A stretch of 64,000 nucleotides of DNA from Bacteroidales bacterium (lineage in GTDB: Bacteria > Bacteroidota > Bacteroidia > Bacteroidales > DTU049), in assembly GCA_026418905.1 (NCBI GenBank), contig JAOAAK010000014.1, positions 6,231-70,230 on the forward strand, written 5' to 3'. A model generated the notes under the pieces. That model did not search any database and was not told where the DNA came from. It saw nothing but the letters and a program-made list of their open reading frames with translations. This document shows positions 45,327-55,404 of the stretch, piece after piece; position 1 is the stretch's first letter; every line of letters starts with the position of its first letter. A program made the position numbers and the translations under genes.

Positions 45327-46444
45327 AAGAGTATCCATTAGTTTCTGTGATTTTACCTTGCTACAATGCAATGCCATATCTTGAAGAAGCTCTCTTGTCT
45401 ATCATTCATCAAACCTACAAAAACCTTGAAATTATTTGCATTGACGATGGTTCTACGGATGATACTTTTAAGCTTTTAGAATATTATGCTCAAACGGACA
45501 AACGAATTAAACTTATTCGAAACGAGCAGAATATGGGTTTAATTCGTACACTCAATAAGGCCATATCATTTTGTAACGGTGAATATATTGCTCGCATGGA
45601 TGCAGATGACATATCAGCTCCCGTGCGAATTGAAAAAGAGCTAGAGTTCCTTTTAACTCATCCGGAAGTAGATCTAGTCTCGTGTGCATCCTTTTTTATA
45701 TCTGAAAAAGGTTTACTCGTAGGAATGGATATAATAAGACAGAAAAGTTATTTGGCTAACTATTTTGCTAGTTTCTTTTACACTCCTCACGGACATCCTG
45801 AATTACTCTCTAAAAAAAGTGTTTTTATTGATAATCCATATCGTTTTGACACTACTACCATTCATGTAGAGGATTATGAATTATGGGCTAGGCTTTTAAA
45901 AATGAAATATCAGTTATGGAACATGGATGAACACCTTCATGCTAGTCGCATCAACCAACAAAGTGTGAGTAGGAAATTCACTGAATTGCAGGATAGTAAT
46001 TTTATTAACCTTGTTAGGCAACATATTGAATCTTACTTGTCGGTAAAAATACCGAAAGAAATTGCTTATGTCATTTCCAATCGTATGAATTCTGCTGTGG
46101 GATTAAACCATTTAATGAAAGGTCTTCAAATCATACGAAATTTTAGAAGATTTTTCTTGGAAAAAGAAAAAATTTCAAGCAAAAAAATAAAGAAAGAAAT
46201 TAACATTGTTTATTTTTCTCATGTTTATGACATTTGCATTCAGGCTATGAAAAGACTTTCCTTTGCATCTAAATGTTATGCTTTTTTTTATATGTTGTTT
46301 AACATTAAAGGTTTGTTTTATGGAAAAATCATTACATACTTACTAAATAAATTTCGCTTCATTTCATATTTAGCTGCTCGAAAGAAATTTAATAGATTGT
46401 TCCCATCATATCATGAATATAAAAGATACCTCATCAACGGGTAA
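45323..46444 (+). CDS. Family-2 glycosyltransferase
   Basis: VSVILPCYNAMPYLEEALLSIIHQTY, IDDGSTDDT and ARMDADD (DxD). ATGA-type overlap with the upstream gene. Confidence 0.8.
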   Translation: MKEYPLVSVILPCYNAMPYLEEALLSIIHQTYKNLEIICIDDGSTDDTFKLLEYYAQTDKRIKLIRNEQNMGLIRTLNKAISFCNGEYIARMDADDISAPVRIEKELEFLLTHPEVDLVSCASFFISEKGLLVGMDIIRQKSYLANYFASFFYTPHGHPELLSKKSVFIDNPYRFDTTTIHVEDYELWARLLKMKYQLWNMDEHLHASRINQQSVSRKFTELQDSNFINLVRQHIESYLSVKIPKEIAYVISNRMNSAVGLNHLMKGLQIIRNFRRFFLEKEKISSKKIKKEINIVYFSHVYDICIQAMKRLSFASKCYAFFYMLFNIKGLFYGKIITYLLNKFRFISYLAARKKFNRLFPSYHEYKRYLING

Positions 46445-48287
46445 GAAAATGCTTATTTTTTTCAAACCATAGATGAAAAACAAAAAAAATCCATATCCTT
46501 GCCCATAAGTAATGATGCTTATGTAAGTAATATTTTTCAATTGTCTTTTGAACACAATCGGCTGGTAAATATGGGTTGTCTTTGATGGAATCGGGATGTA
46601 AGGTATTCATAATAATTTCTTTAAATTCATGGAAAAACCACATATAAGGAAAAGCAAACCCTTTCTTAGGTCTATCAAATAAGGAGGAAGGAAGATAATT
46701 AAATAAAATTTTTTTAAATATGTATTTTGAGATACCATCCTTTTTCTTCAAGGACGGATGAAGCTGATATGCGAATTCAACAATTCTATGATCAAGGATA
46801 GGAACTCTAACCTCTAAAGCATATAACATAGATGCACGATCGACTTTTATTAAAAGATCATCTTTTAAATAATAAATCAAATCAAACACAGATTGCCTTT
46901 CAACAGGATCTTGAATATTTTGAAGTTCCTCATGATAATGAGGAAGGATATGGATTTTCTCTTTAGGGTACCAATTGGAAATTTCCTTAAGAGAGAAGAA
47001 ATACTGTTCTTGCGACAAAATGTGGAGAGGAAGAAACACATTAGATGAATAATCAAACATGTGACTAGCTCTTTTGTATCTACTCGGCCCGAAACGAAGT
47101 AGAAATGCAAGTAATTTTCTGCTCGTTTTGATCAAAGGATGAGCTAAACGATTTGCCCAATTATAAGCTCCATAACCCCAAAAAAGTTCATCCCCTCCAT
47201 CTCCACTTAAAACCATCGTAACATGCTCACGAGTTTTTTGTGAAAGAATCATATTGAGAATACCAGCTGAATCAGCAAAAGGCTCATCATAAGTTTCAAT
47301 ATAAGGAGCTAAATAATCAATAATATCATGGCTGTTAACTATGATGGTATGATGATCGGCAGAAAGATGTTTTGCAACTTTTTCGGCAAAAGGAGATTCG
47401 TCGAAATTGATGTTTTTAAAACCAATAGAAAAAGTTTTAACCTGTTTGATATGGTGAGATGCTATTGCAGTAACAAGGGAAGAATCTGTTCCTCCACTTA
47501 AAAAAACTCCATATGGAACATCGCTTCGAAGTTGCATTGCTACTGCATCATGAAGTAATTCATCTAATTTTACTTGAGCATATTTTTCGTCAGTAATTCT
47601 TGGATGATTCATTGAGTCAAATATTGACCAATACTTGTAAAAATTAAGCGTTTTGTTTTGAAACACAGCGTAATAACCTGCAGGAAATTTATAGATGTTG
47701 TTGAATATCGTATAGGGTTCTAATGTAAAACCCACATTAAAATATTGTTGTAGAGCGAGGCGATTGATTGAAATGTTTTTTTGAACAAAAGGTAAAACAA
47801 GAAGAGCTTTGATTTCAGATGCAAAAGCTAAATTCTCTCCATCCCAGTAGTAATATAAGGGTTTAATCCCTATGCGGTCACGGGCAAGGATTAAAGTATT
47901 CTTCTCGCGGTCAAAGATAGCCATGGCAAACATACCATTAAAATGCTGGAAAGCATCAGTATGCAGTAATGAAAACATTTCAATGGCCACCTCGGTATCT
48001 GATGATGTTTTGGTTTGAATGCCATATGATTCCGCTAGTTTCTTGTAATTATAAATTTCACCATTAAAGATTCCCACATATCTACCGTTGCCGCTAAACA
48101 TAGGTTGATTGGCGGATGGGGAAAGATCAATAATACTTAATCTCCGATGACTTAAGTAAAAAGGATGATTGTAAAACAATCCTTCATGATCAGGACCTCG
48201 ATGTGCTAGTTGGTGAATCATCTTGTGAAGATATGATTTCAAAAGTTCACTATTTTGTTCAGAGAAAAAACCTGCTATTCCGCACAT
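46434..48287 (-). CDS. asnB: Asparagine synthase (glutamine-hydrolysing) family amidotransferase, glycan-locus type
   Basis: MCGIAG N-terminal nucleophile and SGGTDSS PP-loop. Confidence 0.85.
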   Translation of the reverse strand: MCGIAGFFSEQNSELLKSYLHKMIHQLAHRGPDHEGLFYNHPFYLSHRRLSIIDLSPSANQPMFSGNGRYVGIFNGEIYNYKKLAESYGIQTKTSSDTEVAIEMFSLLHTDAFQHFNGMFAMAIFDREKNTLILARDRIGIKPLYYYWDGENLAFASEIKALLVLPFVQKNISINRLALQQYFNVGFTLEPYTIFNNIYKFPAGYYAVFQNKTLNFYKYWSIFDSMNHPRITDEKYAQVKLDELLHDAVAMQLRSDVPYGVFLSGGTDSSLVTAIASHHIKQVKTFSIGFKNINFDESPFAEKVAKHLSADHHTIIVNSHDIIDYLAPYIETYDEPFADSAGILNMILSQKTREHVTMVLSGDGGDELFWGYGAYNWANRLAHPLIKTSRKLLAFLLRFGPSRYKRASHMFDYSSNVFLPLHILSQEQYFFSLKEISNWYPKEKIHILPHYHEELQNIQDPVERQSVFDLIYYLKDDLLIKVDRASMLYALEVRVPILDHRIVEFAYQLHPSLKKKDGISKYIFKKILFNYLPSSLFDRPKKGFAFPYMWFFHEFKEIIMNTLHPDSIKDNPYLPADCVQKTIEKYYLHKHHYLWARIWIFFVFHLWFEKNKHFLTR

Positions 48288-48353
48288 GTGTTTTTGTTTT
48301 CTAATACAATAATATAAAAAATATTTGATTTCAATAATCTCATATTAAGTTTT

Positions 48354-50819
48354 TCAAACCAAAAAAAATTTTGTCAATGTTAATGTTGCGAACGCCATGA
48401 TGTAAGCGAGGATAGTTGAAAATAAAAAACTAAAAAAAGCCCATTTGAATTTACTGCTTTCTTTGTAAATAGCAAAAAGTACACCCATGCAAGGGGAATA
48501 AAGAAGTATAAAAACCAAGAAAGCCAGTGCAGATGGTAGAGTAAACAAATTTTTGATAGAACCCGGCAAGCTTTCATCTTGAGCTTGAGAAGTTATTAAA
48601 AGTGTCGAAACTACAATTTCTTTTCCTGCTAGGCCTGCTAGTAAACTTGTAGTGATTTGCCAGTTGAATTGAAGAGGTGCAAATAAAGGTTCAATAAACT
48701 TGCCTATTCTTGCCAAATATGATTGTTGGTAATAACTCGTCTCCATTTCTTGATAGATACGGTGCAGCTTAGTTATTAAAGTATCGTTATGGGTTAAGTT
48801 AATTATAGAATGTGCGTCAAAAGTTATGTGAGGATTTTGCTTTTTGATTTCATCTAATTTTGAAATAAGATCATATGATGACTCTCTTTTTACAGGAAAA
48901 TAATGTAAAGCCCAAAGAATGATACTAGCAACGAGAATAACACCACTCATTTTTTTAAGAAACTGAGATGAGCGAAACCACATATGACGCATCAGGGATC
49001 GTACGGTTGGTAGTCGGTAAGGAGGAAGCTCCATAACAAATGGAGCATCTTCCTTTGCAAAAAGGGTTTTTCTAAGTATAATTGAAAGAAAAATAGCCAT
49101 TAGTATCCCCCCCATGTATATAAAAAACAATATCCAATTGCCATAAATTGGGAAAAGAGCCGATATGATAAGCATGTAAACTGGTAATCGGGCACTGCAG
49201 GAAAAAAAAGGATTAATAAGCATCGTGATAATTCTATCGGAGGGATTATTAAGAATCCTTGTTGCCGCTATGGCTGGTACGTTACAACCAAAGCCCATCA
49301 TCATTGGGATGAAAGATTTTCCATGTAACCCAATTTTATGCATGATTTTATCCATGATAAATGCTATACGAGCAAGATAACCAGAGTCTTCAATGAGAGC
49401 AATAAAAAAATAGAGGATGAGAATGTTGGGAAAGTAAACTACAACACCTCCAACGCCTTGAATAATTCCGTCCGACAAAAGAGAACGAAACATGGTAGGT
49501 GGAAGGATGCTATTGACAAAATCTGTCAAAAAGTCTACACCTAAAATTAAATAGTTTTGAAGCAAGTTTCCGACCTTAAAAGTCATGAAAAACATTAACC
49601 AAATAACGAAAACAAAAAAAACATAACCCCATACTTTATGTGTAAGAAAACCATCCAATTGTTCTGTGACATCTTGTTTGTTTGTTTGTTTGTTGTTGAG
49701 CACCAGAGTTTCTTTTAATGCACCATGGACAAAACCATATCTTGCCTGAGCGATGAGTGTTTCTGCTGGGGTTGAAAAAGTTTTTTCGATCTTATGTAAA
49801 AAATCTCTGCTTTTTTTTAAAATGACAGGGTTGACTAAACGATCAAATAAATGATCTTTTTCAAGAAGCTTAACAGCGATAAATTGAGGGTTAATGGAAT
49901 GAACGATTTCGGGATCGTTTTCCAGCATGGATTTAAGTTCTTGTATTTTTTCTTCTATTTCGAAAGGGTAGGGAAGTTGAACAGATTTTTTCGCTCTCAG
50001 GTTCGGATTTTCATGTATTTCAATGATTCGATCAAGTAATTCTGTCAATCCTTTTTTTTTGGGGCCAATTGTTGGAATGATGGGTACACCTAATAAAGCA
50101 GATAAATGTTGATAATCTAGATCATGCTTTTTCTTCAAAAATTCATCCCACATGTTAAGGGCAATAACAAAAGGGATGTCTAATTCAAGAAGCTGAGAAG
50201 TAAGGTAAAGATTTCTTTCTAAAGTATTGGCATCAACAACATTGATAATATAATCTGGTGTTTCCCTTAAAAGATACTGAACAACAAATTCTTCTTCGGG
50301 TGTAAAAGATGTTAGCGAATACAATCCAGGAAGATCTATAAGATAGATTTGATAATTTTTATGTTTGATATTTGCTTTTTTTGCATCTATAGTAATCCCA
50401 GCAAAATTACCCACATGCTCATAAGAATGAGTTAAAAAATTAAAAAGTGTGGTTTTTCCACAATTAGGATTACCTATTAAGGCTACATGAAGTATTTTTG
50501 ATTGCTCCTCAACTTTGCGTTCAAAGAATTTATCAATAAAAATGGGTTTATGAGATATTTTTTGCCATTCCTGTAAATGAATGTCAATAATGTTTTGATT
50601 GGTTAAAACTTCAATCATCATGGCTTCTTTTCTACGTAAGCTTACATGGTAGTTCATAACGAGAAATTCAATAGGATCATGGAGGGGAGCTTCTCTAATT
50701 ACTTGTACCTTTTGGCCGGGGAGAAAACCCATGTCAAGCAAACGCTTTCTTAAAGTACCGCTGCCTTTTATTCGTGTAATGTAAGCTTCTTCGCCTGTTT
50801 TTAACTGATCAAGTGTCAT
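48354..50819 (-). CDS. feoB: Ferrous iron transporter, FeoA-FeoB fusion
   Basis: N-terminal FeoA-like segment (LDQLKTGEEAYITRIKG...), G-domain GNPNCGKTTLFN and DLPG, plus a polytopic membrane domain. The ATG at 50819 is preferred over the TTG at 50837. Confidence 0.9.
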   Translation of the reverse strand: MTLDQLKTGEEAYITRIKGSGTLRKRLLDMGFLPGQKVQVIREAPLHDPIEFLVMNYHVSLRRKEAMMIEVLTNQNIIDIHLQEWQKISHKPIFIDKFFERKVEEQSKILHVALIGNPNCGKTTLFNFLTHSYEHVGNFAGITIDAKKANIKHKNYQIYLIDLPGLYSLTSFTPEEEFVVQYLLRETPDYIINVVDANTLERNLYLTSQLLELDIPFVIALNMWDEFLKKKHDLDYQHLSALLGVPIIPTIGPKKKGLTELLDRIIEIHENPNLRAKKSVQLPYPFEIEEKIQELKSMLENDPEIVHSINPQFIAVKLLEKDHLFDRLVNPVILKKSRDFLHKIEKTFSTPAETLIAQARYGFVHGALKETLVLNNKQTNKQDVTEQLDGFLTHKVWGYVFFVFVIWLMFFMTFKVGNLLQNYLILGVDFLTDFVNSILPPTMFRSLLSDGIIQGVGGVVVYFPNILILYFFIALIEDSGYLARIAFIMDKIMHKIGLHGKSFIPMMMGFGCNVPAIAATRILNNPSDRIITMLINPFFSCSARLPVYMLIISALFPIYGNWILFFIYMGGILMAIFLSIILRKTLFAKEDAPFVMELPPYRLPTVRSLMRHMWFRSSQFLKKMSGVILVASIILWALHYFPVKRESSYDLISKLDEIKKQNPHITFDAHSIINLTHNDTLITKLHRIYQEMETSYYQQSYLARIGKFIEPLFAPLQFNWQITTSLLAGLAGKEIVVSTLLITSQAQDESLPGSIKNLFTLPSALAFLVFILLYSPCMGVLFAIYKESSKFKWAFFSFLFSTILAYIMAFATLTLTKFFLV

Positions 50820-50834
50820 AGTTGAGAAACAAAG

Positions 50835-50842
50835 CAAAATTA
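50835..50842 (-). promoter_or_regulatory. Bacteroidota -7 promoter box (TAnnTTTG)
   Basis: The minus strand reads taattttg, 15 nt upstream of the ATG at 50819. It overlaps the TTG at 50837. Confidence 0.45.
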
Positions 50843-50879
50843 CATGTTTATAATTTTAGTAAAGATTAGATAACACATA

Positions 50880-51941
50880 TCATAAACTTGCCCATAGATG
50901 ATTTGGTATGAAAAAAATGCCAGGATTTTTACCTATTTCAATACTTCCTAATGATGCTTCTTTTTTCAAAGCTTTTGCTGCAGATAAGGTGGTAGCTCTT
51001 AACCAGTAAGTTAGATGAATGGAAGGAATATGTTTGAGTAGAAATCGAATCTCATCCCACAAGTTAAGAGACCAGTTGCTTGCTAAACTATCAGTGCCAA
51101 GTAATACTTTTTCGAAGCAATAGTGCACAAACATTTCAATAGGAGGAATCTTTTTTTCAATGTAGTAATTCGACCGAGGGCAAAAAACGAACCATGGATC
51201 AGAAAAATAATCCAAGAGCCTGATTAGATCTTTTTCGGTGGTGTATGTATTGTGTACGAAAAACACACGCTGATGTCTTGGTAGTAAAGAAATAGCTTTT
51301 TCGACCGGATCTTTAAGAACATCTATTTCATACTTACTTTCCATGAAATGAATGGAATAAAATGGTGCATCGACAAGGCGAGGTAAAAGATAATTCCATA
51401 AAGCATCAGATAGGCTATAGAGGGAATGAGGAGTAAAAAAAGTTTGTTGGTGAGTGTTACGGTACAGTTGAAATATTTTTTGAGCTTGTTGGATTTTATC
51501 TTCTGATTTTTGTGGATCGATTCCAAATATTTCTACCAAATTGGTAAAAAAAGATGACTCTTCAGTTTTAACTTCAAGGTAGGTGTTGCAAATATCAACT
51601 ATATGATCTATACCATTATGCTTAAAATTCTTTATGGCATTTTGTGCTTTTTCGTTTTTTTCAGTTTCAGATACTGATTGACTATGATTTTTCATGAAAT
51701 CAATAAAAAAGTGCATCTTTTGAAATGGGGGGATCATATGTTTCATCCATGAATACTCAAGATGTGTATGCATATTTATTAAACCCGGCGTATAAAAGCC
51801 ATGGCGAAAATTTTTTCGAGAAGTCGAGTCAGGCTGTATGTGAATTATTTTTTGATTTGGCGATTCAAATAGGACTTGAACGTTAGAATGAAATGAGAAA
51901 CTATAAGGATCAAATAAAAATTCAAACGTTATTTCCTTCAT
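50880..51941 (-). CDS. Metal-dependent amidohydrolase (chlorohydrolase/deaminase-like)
   Basis: INMHTHLE (HxH), TPHS, HFMES, VHN and GTDS are spaced as in amidohydrolase-1 enzymes. 20-nt overlap with the upstream symporter gene. Confidence 0.65.
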   Translation of the reverse strand: MKEITFEFLFDPYSFSFHSNVQVLFESPNQKIIHIQPDSTSRKNFRHGFYTPGLINMHTHLEYSWMKHMIPPFQKMHFFIDFMKNHSQSVSETEKNEKAQNAIKNFKHNGIDHIVDICNTYLEVKTEESSFFTNLVEIFGIDPQKSEDKIQQAQKIFQLYRNTHQQTFFTPHSLYSLSDALWNYLLPRLVDAPFYSIHFMESKYEIDVLKDPVEKAISLLPRHQRVFFVHNTYTTEKDLIRLLDYFSDPWFVFCPRSNYYIEKKIPPIEMFVHYCFEKVLLGTDSLASNWSLNLWDEIRFLLKHIPSIHLTYWLRATTLSAAKALKKEASLGSIEIGKNPGIFFIPNHLWASL

Positions 51942-53391
51942 CAGAGGTTTGAAGTTGTTTCAGTTTGTTAGAAATAACACTCACAATAAAAGCAACAAAT
52001 AAAGTTATGATAAAGGAAACTAAACGTTCACTAATTCCTGTTGATTCTACGAAAAACATTTTCCAAATAACGGTGGTAATTAAACCTGAGTGTAAACTTG
52101 CAATGACACCTGCCCCATTGAAAGATTTCCAAAAAAGGAGAAGTAACAGGGCTGGTCCAAAACTTGAGCCGATACCTGACCACGCGTACGATACAAGACC
52201 ATAGACGGTATCTGTCATGGTAATGCCTGTGAAAAAAGCGAGAAAACCAACCAAGATTATAATAATTCGTACTACCCAGACATTGATTTCTCTATTCTTT
52301 TTCAAAAACAGAGGAATGATATCTTCGCTGAGATTAAAACTGCATACCATTAACTGGCTGGCGGCTGTCGACATCATAGCAGAAACAGCACCCGACAGTA
52401 AAAGTCCAACCATAAATGGAATAACCAAAAAATTGACCATGAGTGGAAGTATTTTTTCTACATCTTTAAAAAGTAATTGTAATTCTTGTTCAGAGAAGAT
52501 ACGGTTCTGAGCAAATACGTAACCTGCAAGTCCTGTAATAATAATTCCCGCGTATGCTATAATTGTCCATATGGTTGCAACACGTCTTGCTTGAACGACG
52601 TTTTTCTTGTCTTTCATGGCAATCATGCGAGCAAGTAGGTGTGGTTGGCCGGTATATCCGAATGCCCAGCTTAAACCGCTAAGAATAAAAACGAATGCTG
52701 CCCACCCCTCGTATCCATGGGTTAGTGTACTTATTTCAGGTGGAGCAGCAGCAAGGGATGCTAAAAAATCAATATCTTGAGATGAGAGATAAACTAAAGC
52801 GATAATAGGAAGAACGAAAATGGTGATGATCATTAGAATTGCCTGAAAAACATCAACTGCAACTACCGACATGAAACCACCCAGCATCGTATATAACAAA
52901 ATAATAATTGTTGCTATGATAATTCCAGTTGTCTCGTCAAGGCCAAATGCTATATTGAAAATTTTACCAGCGCCATGGAACTGAGCTGCTATATAAAAAA
53001 GAAAGAAAAAAATGAGAATAAGGGAGCTAAAAAACATAATGGGATACTTATGCTCTGGGAAGCGAGAATAGAGGATAGAAGGAATGGTTGTTGCTCCTGT
53101 TTCTTCACTTATTTTGCGAAGAGGTTCTGCCATAACCCACCATATAAACAGAATTCCAATCACACACCCTAATGCTACCCAAATGGAACCAAAACCCTCA
53201 ACAAAGGCATGTCCTGTTAGACCAAGTAGCAGCCAACTTGACTCACCAGCAGCTCTTTCCGACAATGCTAAAGCGAAACCTGGAATTTTTTTTCCCCCAA
53301 TGACAAAATCTTTGCGATTTCTGACAACAGAGGAAAAATAGCCAGCTAATGCTATGATAATAATTAAATAACCAATAAAAACAGCATTCAT
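51922..53391 (-). CDS. Sodium:solute symporter (PutP/PanF-like)
   Basis: About 13 hydrophobic helices. SSS-type N-terminus with FVIGGKKIPG..LALSERAAGESSWLLLG. Confidence 0.75.
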   Translation of the reverse strand: MNAVFIGYLIIIIALAGYFSSVVRNRKDFVIGGKKIPGFALALSERAAGESSWLLLGLTGHAFVEGFGSIWVALGCVIGILFIWWVMAEPLRKISEETGATTIPSILYSRFPEHKYPIMFFSSLILIFFFLFYIAAQFHGAGKIFNIAFGLDETTGIIIATIIILLYTMLGGFMSVVAVDVFQAILMIITIFVLPIIALVYLSSQDIDFLASLAAAPPEISTLTHGYEGWAAFVFILSGLSWAFGYTGQPHLLARMIAMKDKKNVVQARRVATIWTIIAYAGIIITGLAGYVFAQNRIFSEQELQLLFKDVEKILPLMVNFLVIPFMVGLLLSGAVSAMMSTAASQLMVCSFNLSEDIIPLFLKKNREINVWVVRIIIILVGFLAFFTGITMTDTVYGLVSYAWSGIGSSFGPALLLLLFWKSFNGAGVIASLHSGLITTVIWKMFFVESTGISERLVSFIITLFVAFIVSVISNKLKQLQTSDEGNNV

Positions 53392-53771
53392 GTTGTTTTA
53401 TTTAAGCGTGACATGAAAGATTCAACATTGATAATGAATCTCGTGTGAGTACCTTTCCCGACCAAGCCCTTGGAATCGCTGACTTCTACATTAAATGTAA
53501 GTTTTTTCCCAGCTATTTCTATAAGCTCTGCTCGGCAATAAATAATGTCACCAATCGGTGTTGGTTTAAGATGCTGAATGTGTACTTCACTTCCTACGGT
53601 GTTATGACCAGGTTCAAGATAAGGTTCTACCATTTCTAAGCAGGTCTTTTCCATAAAAGCAATCATGGCTGGTGTTGAAAGTACATCTACCAAACCTGAA
53701 CCATACACACGAGCTGAGTCAGATTCTTCAACTTTTTTGTGAAGAAAATATATGATACCAGGTTGCAACAT
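53388..53771 (-). CDS. Hotdog-fold thioesterase (FlK-like family)
   Basis: YGSGLVDVLSTPAMIAFME..C...V.......TVG..V.I.HL.PTPIG fits my memory of the thioesterase-superfamily (fluoroacetyl-CoA-thioesterase-like) pattern. The ATG at 53771 is preferred because the TTG at 53846 lies inside the terminator hairpin. Confidence 0.6.
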   Translation of the reverse strand: MLQPGIIYFLHKKVEESDSARVYGSGLVDVLSTPAMIAFMEKTCLEMVEPYLEPGHNTVGSEVHIQHLKPTPIGDIIYCRAELIEIAGKKLTFNVEVSDSKGLVGKGTHTRFIINVESFMSRLNKTT

Positions 53772-53779
53772 CTTTTTTC

Positions 53780-53787
53780 CAAAATTA
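53780..53787 (-). promoter_or_regulatory. Bacteroidota -7 promoter box (TAnnTTTG)
   Basis: The minus strand reads taattttg, 8 nt upstream of the ATG at 53771 and about 40 nt downstream of the terminator hairpin. Confidence 0.45.
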
Positions 53788-53825
53788 CGAAATTCATAAA
53801 TTTCTAAGTTCGTTTTGCATGTAAA

Positions 53826-53858
53826 ACGAAAAAGCCCTTGATGCAAGGGCTTTTTCGT
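53826..53858 (-). terminator. Rho-independent terminator hairpin (perfect 15-bp stem, 3-nt loop)
   Basis: acgaaaaagcccttg-atg-caagggctttttcgt. The arms are exact reverse complements, and there are T-runs on both strands. It begins 19 nt after the stop of the NhaD-like gene (53877). Confidence 0.75.
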
Positions 53859-53876
53859 TTGTAAAAGTAAATTTCG

Positions 53877-55292
53877 CTAACCTAGTAACATTATTTGAAA
53901 ATAATATGCAAAAATACCTCCTATGTAGCCGAGGAAAGCTAACCAAGATATTTTTTTCATATACCAAATGAATTCAATTTTTTCAATTCCCATGGCAGCA
54001 ACACCAGCAGCTGAGCCAATGATAAGCATACTCCCACCCGTACCAGCTGTATAAGCAAGGTATTCCCAGAAAACTCCATCCTGAACAAAATTAGCCATAT
54101 ACCCTGTGGTTCCGGGATCCATGATGGGATACATTCCCATAGCAGCTGCGACAAGAGGAACGTTGTCAACGATAGCAGAAATAACTCCAATAATCCCTCC
54201 TATAATAAATACATCTCCAAAAGTTTTATCTAATAAATGAGATAATTGTATTAAGTGACCAGCACTTTGTAATGCAGCAACTGCCGATAGGATGCCAAGG
54301 AAGAAAAGAATGGTTGGTGTATCAATTCTCGAAAGAATACCATGGATGCTTAATTTATCCTCCTCTGGTTTGTTCATATGTAAAATTTCAACAGTGATCC
54401 AGATAATGGATAAACTAAATAGCATTCCCATGAAAGGTGGAAGATGTGTAACTGTTTTGAAGATAGGAACAAATATTAATCCCCCTACACCCATGAAAAA
54501 CATCAAATTTCTCTCCCAATCTTTTAAATTAACTTGATTGGAATGGGAATTCCCTTCTTCCAATTCATTGCTGTTTTCATCATTCGGACGTTCAATGGTT
54601 CCTTTTAACATGAACGATAAAATAATGAGTGGTATGAGAAGATTGATAACTGATGGTATGAACAATTTTAAAATTATATTAACTGTGGTAACCTGTCCTC
54701 CAATCCATAACATAATTGTAGTTACATCACCGATAGGAGAAAAGGCGCCTCCAGCATTGGCTGCAATGACGATAGTACTTGCGAAATACAATCTGTCTTT
54801 GTGATCGTTAATAAGTTTTCTGATTAAAGTCACCATCACAATGGTAGTGGTTAAGTTATCCAAGATAGCCGATAAGAAAAATGTAACAAAGCTAATTAAC
54901 CATAATAATTTAACTTTATTGGTAGTTTTTATCCTATCGGTAATAATTCTAAAACCTTGATGTTGATCTGTAATTTCAACGATGGTCATGGCTCCCAAAA
55001 GAAAGAAAAGAATCTCACCGATTTCACCTAAGTGCTTAATAATTTCGTGTTCGGTTAAAAATTCTTGAATATTTTCATGATTTAAAAGTAAACCAGTGCT
55101 TTTGCTAAATTCGTTCCATGCGTGACTCAGATTTAATGTAAAAATGTCGAACGCACCCAGCATATAAAGAACCCACAATAAGGAACCTGTTAAAAGCGCT
55201 GAAGCCGCTTTGTTAATTTTCAATGGGTGTTCTAGGGCAATGGCGGTATAGCCCAAAATGAACACGACAATCATAGCCAAATAGAATGCCAT
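53877..55292 (-). CDS. NhaD/ArsB-superfamily Na+/H+ antiporter
   Basis: Polytopic membrane protein of about 470 aa with a central hydrophilic loop and NhaD-like repeat halves. The ATG at 55292 (MAFYLAMIVV) is preferred over the upstream start at 55355. Confidence 0.7.
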   Translation of the reverse strand: MAFYLAMIVVFILGYTAIALEHPLKINKAASALLTGSLLWVLYMLGAFDIFTLNLSHAWNEFSKSTGLLLNHENIQEFLTEHEIIKHLGEIGEILFFLLGAMTIVEITDQHQGFRIITDRIKTTNKVKLLWLISFVTFFLSAILDNLTTTIVMVTLIRKLINDHKDRLYFASTIVIAANAGGAFSPIGDVTTIMLWIGGQVTTVNIILKLFIPSVINLLIPLIILSFMLKGTIERPNDENSNELEEGNSHSNQVNLKDWERNLMFFMGVGGLIFVPIFKTVTHLPPFMGMLFSLSIIWITVEILHMNKPEEDKLSIHGILSRIDTPTILFFLGILSAVAALQSAGHLIQLSHLLDKTFGDVFIIGGIIGVISAIVDNVPLVAAAMGMYPIMDPGTTGYMANFVQDGVFWEYLAYTAGTGGSMLIIGSAAGVAAMGIEKIEFIWYMKKISWLAFLGYIGGIFAYYFQIMLLG

Positions 55293-55377
55293 ATGTGTAT
55301 TTTTTTGCAAAAGAAAGAAATTTTTTAATTTTAAAGATTTTCGAAAAAAAAACAATTAATGTATTATTACATTTCTA

Positions 55378-55385
55378 TATTTTTG
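55378..55385 (+). promoter_or_regulatory. Bacteroidota -7 promoter box (TAnnTTTG)
   Basis: tatttttg, 19 nt upstream of the ATG at 55405. Confidence 0.45.
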
Positions 55386-55404
55386 TAATAAAAACAACAA
55401 AAAA

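Noticed and set aside
53772-53846. TTG-initiated N-terminal extension of the thioesterase ORF.
   Set aside because: The TTG lies inside the 15-bp terminator stem, and the extension spans the TAnnTTTG box. The ATG at 53771 gives a compact hotdog domain.
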